DNA of 64,000 nucleotides from Myxococcales bacterium (GTDB lineage: Bacteria; Myxococcota_A; Polyangia; Polyangiales; Polyangiaceae): contig JAYTOU010000060.1 in NCBI GenBank assembly GCA_043747615.1, positions 64,001 through 128,000 on the forward strand, given 5' to 3'. The number at the start of each line of letters is the position of its first letter. Position 1 is the stretch's first letter. A model generated the notes under the pieces. It made no database searches, was not told the origin of the DNA, and was given only the letters and a program-made list of their open reading frames with translations. Positions 58,094-64,000 of this stretch are shown here, piece by piece. A program made the translations under genes and the position numbers.

Positions 58094-59551
58094 CTATTGG
58101 GGAAAATCACGCTGGAGATCGAGCCCATCGCTGCCGGCCTTCGGAGGCGGCTTCGGCTTCGCAGCTGGCGGCGTGAGCGGCGTGACCGGCGGCGCGGTCT
58201 TCATCGATGAAGGCTGGGGTGGCTTCACGGACGGGGCGCTCGGAGCGGCGGATGGCGGGATTGCCGCGAGCGGAGCGCTCGGCGCAGGTGCAAGGGTGCT
58301 CGCCACGCTGATCGTCGTGCTCGGCGCAGGTGCAAGGGTGCTCGCCACGCTGATCGTCGTGCTCGGCCGTGGCGGAAGCTCTTGCCGCGGGACGTCCGCA
58401 ACGCGGTGCGCGGTCATCGACACGACCCACAAGGTGGCGAGGCCTCCGGCGAGCGTCGCAAAAATGGCGGTCCCCACGATCGCCGTCCGCGACCACAAGA
58501 AGTTGCGCCAATCGACGCGCGCCGTCCCTGCTCGCGCTCTGGAGATCCACGACGTACCGCTGCCGCGCACAGTCGCGTCGCTCGAGGAGACCTCGGGGTC
58601 TGCCGCGCTTGCCCTCGTCCTCGCGATCGATTCGGGAGAAATCAAGGCTTTTGCGGCCGGTAAAATCTCTGAGAGCGCCACCAGCATTTGCCGCGCCGAG
58701 CTGAAACGCTTCGTGCGATCGCGCGAGAGCGCACGCCGAACGAAGCGCGCCACCGCCTCGGGCACCTCGGGATCGACGTTCCGAAGATCGGGTGCGTCGG
58801 TCATGCAAATGGAGACGATGATCTGCTCGTACGTCTCACCGACGTGAGGCGGCCGCCCAGCGAGTGACTCGAAGAGGATCGCCCCGACGCTGTAGAGATC
58901 GGTGCGCCCATCGAGATCGGGAGCGGCCTGCGCTTGCTCGGGAGACATGTAGAGCGGCGTTCCGAGGACAGTGCCCTTCTGGGTAAGGGCAAGCGGAGTC
59001 GTGCCGGTCGAGGTGCGCTCGATCTTCGAGATGCCGAAGTCGACGATCTTGACGAACGCGTCCGAGCGGCGTTCAGTCAAGAATACGTTGTCGGGCTTGA
59101 GATCGCGGTGAACGATTCCCGCCTCGTGCGCGTCGGCGAGGCCGCGCAGCACCTGAGCGACGATGTTCAGCGCCTCTGGGACGGGGAGCTTGTTCGTGCG
59201 GCGAAGCATGCGCCCGAGATCCTCCCCACGCAGAAGTTCCATCACGATGTACGGGCGATCCTCGTCCATGCCGGCATCGAAGACCTGCACGATGTGATCA
59301 CTCTCGATGGCGCTGGCGGCTCGAGCCTCGCGGGCGAAGCGGCTCGCGACCTGCTCGGAGTGCGCAAACTCGCGGTCGACGAACTTGAGCGCGACCTTCT
59401 TCCCGATGCCGAGGTGCTCGCCTTCGTAGACGGCGCCCATCCCTCCCAGGCCAATCAGCTTGGTGACTTTGTAGCGACCCGCGACGGTGCGCCCAACGAG
59501 CTTTTCCAGCTCCAGTTCGCGGTCCGATCGGTCGCGGGGCTGATCACTCAT
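58094..59551 (-). CDS. Hanks-type Ser/Thr protein kinase with TM
   Basis: IGLGGMGAVY, VALK, HRDLKPDN, DFGISK, GTPLYMSPEQ. Confidence 0.95.
   Translation of the reverse strand: MSDQPRDRSDRELELEKLVGRTVAGRYKVTKLIGLGGMGAVYEGEHLGIGKKVALKFVDREFAHSEQVASRFAREARAASAIESDHIVQVFDAGMDEDRPYIVMELLRGEDLGRMLRRTNKLPVPEALNIVAQVLRGLADAHEAGIVHRDLKPDNVFLTERRSDAFVKIVDFGISKIERTSTGTTPLALTQKGTVLGTPLYMSPEQAQAAPDLDGRTDLYSVGAILFESLAGRPPHVGETYEQIIVSICMTDAPDLRNVDPEVPEAVARFVRRALSRDRTKRFSSARQMLVALSEILPAAKALISPESIARTRASAADPEVSSSDATVRGSGTSWISRARAGTARVDWRNFLWSRTAIVGTAIFATLAGGLATLWVVSMTAHRVADVPRQELPPRPSTTISVASTLAPAPSTTISVASTLAPAPSAPLAAIPPSAAPSAPSVKPPQPSSMKTAPPVTPLTPPAAKPKPPPKAGSDGLDLQRDFPQ
58277..58367. repeat. Perfect 42-bp tandem duplication in the kinase tail
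   Basis: GCTCGGCGCAGGTGCAAGGGTGCTCGCCACGCTGATCGTCGT twice plus a partial copy (STTISVASTLAPAP). Confidence 0.9.
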
Positions 59552-59592
59552 GGCAAGTCGCGCGGCGAGCGCCGGCGCGGCATCTAGACTAG

Positions 59593-59617
59593 CAGAAGCC
59601 TCTCGACGAGGCTTCTG
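59593..59617 (-). terminator. Hairpin immediately after rpsT
   Basis: CAGAAGCCTC-TCGAC-GAGGCTTCTG; weak U-tract. Confidence 0.5.
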
Positions 59618-59619
59618 GG

Positions 59620-59901
59620 TCAGGCGGCTTTGGCAGTTGCGCGAAGCTTGTGGACCGCGGCAGACAGGCGGCCAACGACGCGCGAGGAAGCCTTCGGATG
59701 GTAGACACCTTTGCTGGAGGCGCTGTCGAGAGCGGCAATGGCGATCAAAAGGGCCTTCTCGGCTGCGGCGAGGTTCTTCCCGGTCACTTCGACGCGCACC
59801 TTCTTGACGAGGGTACGAACCGAGCTTTTCAGCGCGCGGTTACGGGTGGTGCGCACGATGCGCTGACGATTTCGCTTTTCGGCTGACGGATGATTGGCCA
59901 C
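59620..59901 (-). CDS. rpsT: 30S ribosomal protein S20
   Basis: MANHPSAEKRNRQ...RNR..KS..RT..KK, LD.A.SKG..H...A.R. Confidence 0.96.
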   Translation of the reverse strand: MANHPSAEKRNRQRIVRTTRNRALKSSVRTLVKKVRVEVTGKNLAAAEKALLIAIAALDSASSKGVYHPKASSRVVGRLSAAVHKLRATAKAA

Positions 59902-59976
59902 GGAATTCCTCTGACAAAGCTTTAAAAACGCTGTTCTGCGTCGGGGGAGCGCACACTATTCGCAAAGACCGGATTG

Positions 59977-61653
59977 TCAAGGCTCCCAGGCCCACGCCCG
60001 AGGCTCCCAGCCGAGCGGGGTAGGAGAAATACCACGGGTTCCGCGGCGGGCAACGGCCATCGTCAGGGGCGAAAATAAGAACGTGTAGGGCTCATCGCGG
60101 CGGAGGCGTGTGACGACCTCGTGCAGGAGCTCGGCGCGGCGGGCGGCGGGCTTCTCTTGCCTGAGCTCATCGAGCCAGCCGTCGACCTCGGGCGACGCGT
60201 AGGCCCCGTAGTTGAGCGAGCCGGCGACCTGCGTGGACTGGAAGAGGGGAAAGAGGTCTGGCTCGCTGTCGATGGTCCACTCGATCGCGGCGAGCTCGAA
60301 ATCGTGATTCTGAAGCTGACGAAGAAATTGAGCCCACTCGAGCGGGGTGAGCTCGAGGGTCACGCCGATGCGGCGAAGCTCGTCGGCCACGACCGACGCG
60401 GAGCGCTCGTGATCGTGGGAGCTCGACGGATAGATCAGGCGCAGGACGAACGGCGCGCCATCCAGCTCGCGGCGTCCATCAGCGTCGTGATCGATGATCC
60501 CGGCGGCGTCGAGCTCTTTGGCCGCGGCCTTCGGATCGAAGGTCGGCGTGCTGAGCCCGCTCAGCGCAGGATGCCCCGGCGGGAGCGGGCCGATCGCCAC
60601 GCCCACGCTGCAGCGCTCGATTTCGCACCGAAGAACGTCCCGGGGAATGGACAGCCCGATGGCCCTGCGCACGCGAGCGTCGCGAAGCTTGGGAGAGGCG
60701 ACGTTGTGAATCCATGCAGTGTAGTTGGCACCGGCCGCACGGATGACGGAGTAGCGTGCGCGCAGATCTTGATCGCGCTCCACCCGCTCGACCATGTCGC
60801 TCGTGGCGCGGGGGACGACGTCGAAGTCAGAGGCATCGACGGTCGCGAGGAGCGCGGCGTGACTCGGTGGAAATCGAAACGTGAGCGAAGCGAGGGGCGC
60901 AGGCGCTCCCCAGTACGCACCGGATCGCGCGAGCTCGATCTTCGAGCCGCGGGTCCACGATCCGAAACGCATGGGCCCCGTCCCTACGGGCGACGCGCCA
61001 TCCGGCGAGTGCGCGAGATCCCCCCGCGGTGAGCGGTGACGCGACAGAATGAGCAGGCGATCGAAGTCGAGCTCGGCCGCCGCGAGCGGTGCGCGCAGCT
61101 TGATCTCCACGTCGAAGGCGCCGGTCTTCGTCACGCGCGCGCCGGAAAAGAGCACGCGATCGGGCGCACCCACGTGGGGATCGAGCAGTCGCTCGAAGGT
61201 GAAGATCACGTCGTCGGCGGTGAAAGGAACGCCGTCGTGCCAGGTCACGCCGTGCCTCAAATGAAACGTCCAGCGGGTGTGCGTCTCGTCCACCTCCCAC
61301 TTCTCGGCGAGCTCCGGAACGAGGACTCCGCGGCGCGCATCGACCCGCACCAAGCTCTCCTGCACGAGATGCCCGACGACCATCCATGACAGCCAATCGG
61401 GACGCAAAAACGGCATCAAGCCGGGCGGCTCGGCGTCGAGAAGAACGGTCATCGCCTTCTCGCTGGGAGCGGTCGTGAGGAGAGCGGTGCTCGGATCGAA
61501 GCGGGCCGCGGCCGGCGCCGGAGGACACCCACACGCCGGTGGCTCCAACGCCGCGTCACCATCGGAAGGCGGTCGGGCATGACCGCGCGAGCATGCAGCA
61601 GCCAAGACTGCAGCACTGAAGAGGCCGGCCGCCGTGAAGAGCGAGCGCGTCAC
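59977..61653 (-). CDS. ABC transporter substrate-binding lipoprotein, family 5 (peptide/nickel)
   Basis: Lipobox AAAC; P.LAEKWE, TFHLR.GV.WHDG.PFTADDV.FTF, GTGP, D.RVRRAI, NYG.Y.SPEVD. Confidence 0.9.
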   Translation of the reverse strand: MTRSLFTAAGLFSAAVLAAACSRGHARPPSDGDAALEPPACGCPPAPAAARFDPSTALLTTAPSEKAMTVLLDAEPPGLMPFLRPDWLSWMVVGHLVQESLVRVDARRGVLVPELAEKWEVDETHTRWTFHLRHGVTWHDGVPFTADDVIFTFERLLDPHVGAPDRVLFSGARVTKTGAFDVEIKLRAPLAAAELDFDRLLILSRHRSPRGDLAHSPDGASPVGTGPMRFGSWTRGSKIELARSGAYWGAPAPLASLTFRFPPSHAALLATVDASDFDVVPRATSDMVERVERDQDLRARYSVIRAAGANYTAWIHNVASPKLRDARVRRAIGLSIPRDVLRCEIERCSVGVAIGPLPPGHPALSGLSTPTFDPKAAAKELDAAGIIDHDADGRRELDGAPFVLRLIYPSSSHDHERSASVVADELRRIGVTLELTPLEWAQFLRQLQNHDFELAAIEWTIDSEPDLFPLFQSTQVAGSLNYGAYASPEVDGWLDELRQEKPAARRAELLHEVVTRLRRDEPYTFLFSPLTMAVARRGTRGISPTPLGWEPRAWAWEP

Positions 61654-62744
61654 GCGGGAACGAAGAGTCGGAAGACGGCCCCGGGAAGGTCACCTGTGAC
61701 GATGCTTATGTTGCCCCCGTGCGCTTCGGCAATTCCGCGCGCGATGGCCAGGCCCAGCCCCGCTCCGCCCGCCGTTCGACCGCGGCTCCCCTGGCGGTAG
61801 CGATCGAAAATCGTCGGCCGCTCGGACTCCGCGATCCCCGTTCCGGAATCGGCGACCTCGATGACCACTCCGAGCGCGTCGGAAGCGATGCGCAGGCGAA
61901 CCTTGCCACCTTTGGGCGTGAACTTGATGGCGTTGGCGAGGAGGTTGTCGATCGCTTGACGGAGCTTGGCCGGGTCTGCGCGCACCCACGTTTCGAGATC
62001 TCCCTCGGTGGTGAACGCCAGCCGCCGGCGCGCGGCGACCGGTGAAAATGAAGCGATCGAGGGCCGAATGAGCTCGCGCGCGGTGATCCGTTTCGGGTCC
62101 ACCGTGAAGAGCCCGGCCTCGAGACGGCTCGCTGCAAGCACGCCGTCCACCAGACGGGCCATGTCGGCGCAGAGGGTTCGAATGGTGTCCATTGCTACGC
62201 GGCGCTCGTCGGCGGTTTGCTCCTCGGCGTCGATCACCTCGGCGATGAGGGCGAGCGAGCTGATGGGATGACGAAGATCGTGCACGAGCATGGCGACGTG
62301 ATCGCGGCGCTGAGCTTCGAGCTGCCGTTTGAGCCGAAACGATTCGAGCGCAGCCCGCGTCCGTGCCCGGAGCTCACGCCCTTCGATCGGCTTTGTGAGG
62401 TAAGCGTCGGCCCCTTCACGAAGACCCGACTCGATAGCCTGCGGCTCGCGCCTCGCGGCCGTGAGCATGATCACCGAGGGGCCTCCCCCGCTGCGCGCGC
62501 GCAGCCTACGGAGCACCTCGAGGCCGTCCATCCCGGGCATCGACACGTCGAGCAGAACGAGCTCCGGCTCCTTCTCGTCGACTTTGCGCAGCGCTTCGGC
62601 GCCACTCGCCGCCGTCCGCACGCGGTGACCATCTTCGGCAAGGAGCGCTTCGTAGAGCGCCAGGGTGTCGACGAAATCGTCGACGATCAAAATTTCGCCG
62701 GCAACGTCGGCCTCGTTCACCGGATCGTGCATGGGCCCGCTCAC
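61650..62744 (-). CDS. Hybrid response regulator/histidine kinase (REC-HisKA-HATPase)
   Basis: ILIVDD, LLDVSMPGMDG, YLTKP; HDLRHP; NLLANAIKFT, D.G.GI, GAGLGL. Confidence 0.92.
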   Translation of the reverse strand: MSGPMHDPVNEADVAGEILIVDDFVDTLALYEALLAEDGHRVRTAASGAEALRKVDEKEPELVLLDVSMPGMDGLEVLRRLRARSGGGPSVIMLTAARREPQAIESGLREGADAYLTKPIEGRELRARTRAALESFRLKRQLEAQRRDHVAMLVHDLRHPISSLALIAEVIDAEEQTADERRVAMDTIRTLCADMARLVDGVLAASRLEAGLFTVDPKRITARELIRPSIASFSPVAARRRLAFTTEGDLETWVRADPAKLRQAIDNLLANAIKFTPKGGKVRLRIASDALGVVIEVADSGTGIAESERPTIFDRYRQGSRGRTAGGAGLGLAIARGIAEAHGGNISIVTGDLPGAVFRLFVPA

Positions 62745-64000
62745 GAAGCCGTCGTCGCCGGGAGGTCTAGACCCACCACCGGAGCGATCCTCGGCAAAAC
62801 AAGGGTAAACGTGGAGCCTTCTCCTTCGCGGGAGCGGACGTCGATCTCCCCGCCGAGCGCACGCGCCAGACGGCGAGAGAGCGCGAGGCCAATGCCCGTG
62901 CCGGGGTACCGACGACCGTCGCCAGCGTCGAGTTGCTTGAAGTCTCTGAACAGCTCCGGAAGCGCGCCAGCGGGAATGCCGAGGCCAGTGTCGCGGACGG
63001 CGACCTGAATGTCGTCGGCGCCGAAGTGGACGGTGACCACGACCTCCCCGCGCTCGGTGAATTTGATTGCGTTGGAGAGCAAGTTCAGGAGGATCTGCCG
63101 AACGCGCTGGGTATCGGTCATCGTCTCGAGGATGGCGTCGCCGACGTCTGCGGCGAGACGTAGATCCTTGTCACCGCGAAGGCTGTCTACTTCGGCGACG
63201 CACGCGCGCACGAGTTGCGGGAGGTTCACCTTGGTCAGGCGAATGTCCACCTTCCCGGCTTCGGCCTTCGCGAGATCGAGCACGTCGTTGATGAGGCTGA
63301 GGAGATGCTCGCCGTTTCGCTTGATGCGCTCGAGCGACTCCCGGGCGCGGGTGCTGAGCTCTTCCCGCGGAGAGGTGACCAGGAGATCCGCAAACCCGAT
63401 GATGGCGCTGAGCGGAGTTCTGAGCTCGTGGCTCATCGAGGTGAGAAACTCCGTCTTCACGCGATTTGCGCGGGTGAGCGTGGTGCCTTGCTCGGCGAGC
63501 ATCACGCTCTTTTCGCGCAGCCGATCGTGGGTCCAGGCGTTGTGGAGGGCGACCGCGTACTGGCGAGTGGCGTCGGTGATGAGCTCCACACGCTCCTCCT
63601 TGAGTGGATGAAGGCCGCTCAGCACGACGGTACCGGCGCCGTGGTCGCCGACGGCAATCGGTTGAGCGAGCACCCAGCGAAGCGTGCCCCTCCCGACTCC
63701 GAGATCGAGCGTCGGCGGCGACGCACCGAGAGCATCGCCGCTGAGGAGGAGAGGCTCGCGCGCCTCCATCACCGAGCGCGGCAACCCGTCTGCCGAAAAA
63801 ATTCCCTGAGAGACGATGGTCGCATCGATGGTCGACGCGTGCACCGGAACGAGCTGGTTTTCCGGGTCGAGGAGGTAGAGCACGCCCACGTGCGCCTCGG
63901 CGAGACGCACCAACTCACGCAGGCCCGAATCGGAGAGGATCGCGATGTCGAGGGTCTTTAGCTGGCGAACGAATACCGCATATCGCTGAGCATCGAGATC
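62741..64000 (-). CDS. GAF-containing sensor histidine kinase; 5' end off window
   Basis: SHELRTPL, NLLSNAIKFT, RDTGLGI, GTGIGL, GSTFT; frame stays open to the window edge. Confidence 0.9.
   Translation of the reverse strand, partial: DLDAQRYAVFVRQLKTLDIAILSDSGLRELVRLAEAHVGVLYLLDPENQLVPVHASTIDATIVSQGIFSADGLPRSVMEAREPLLLSGDALGASPPTLDLGVGRGTLRWVLAQPIAVGDHGAGTVVLSGLHPLKEERVELITDATRQYAVALHNAWTHDRLREKSVMLAEQGTTLTRANRVKTEFLTSMSHELRTPLSAIIGFADLLVTSPREELSTRARESLERIKRNGEHLLSLINDVLDLAKAEAGKVDIRLTKVNLPQLVRACVAEVDSLRGDKDLRLAADVGDAILETMTDTQRVRQILLNLLSNAIKFTERGEVVVTVHFGADDIQVAVRDTGLGIPAGALPELFRDFKQLDAGDGRRYPGTGIGLALSRRLARALGGEIDVRSREGEGSTFTLVLPRIAPVVGLDLPATTAS

Overview
High-GC window that looks myxobacterial (Polyangiales/Labilithrix-like; inferred from Ser/Thr kinase-PEGA pairs, many Cys-rich lipoproteins and GG-N10-GC sigma54-like promoters). 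Left part: XPB-like helicase plus DUF790 nuclease, AlaA-type aminotransferase, then a membrane-bound Pls/PosA-type (epsilon-poly-L-lysine synthetase-like) NRPS flanked by outer-membrane beta-barrels, and a split, divergent CzcCBA-type RND pump. Middle: secreted lipoproteins (HNH-like, beta-propeller, two tandem Cys-rich paralogues with a divergent C-terminal loop, Sel1, diheme cytochrome c), a GDT1 exporter, a sigma54-type general-stress cluster with a hemerythrin relic, a 25-aa small ORF missed by the ORF track, NnrS, a PHI-1-like/CBM protein and an orphan Flp/Tad pilin cassette. Right part: IS debris (IS3, IS21, IS481-like) around a 2TM-GAF gene, a kinase-PEGA module, an intact IS481-like element joined to the tail of a probable serine recombinase that reads into tRNA-Glu(TTC), then a second kinase-PEGA module, rpsT, an ABC substrate-binding protein and two-component genes. 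No CRISPR array, rRNA or reverse transcriptase was seen. All calls come from reading motifs by eye; no database searches were run.
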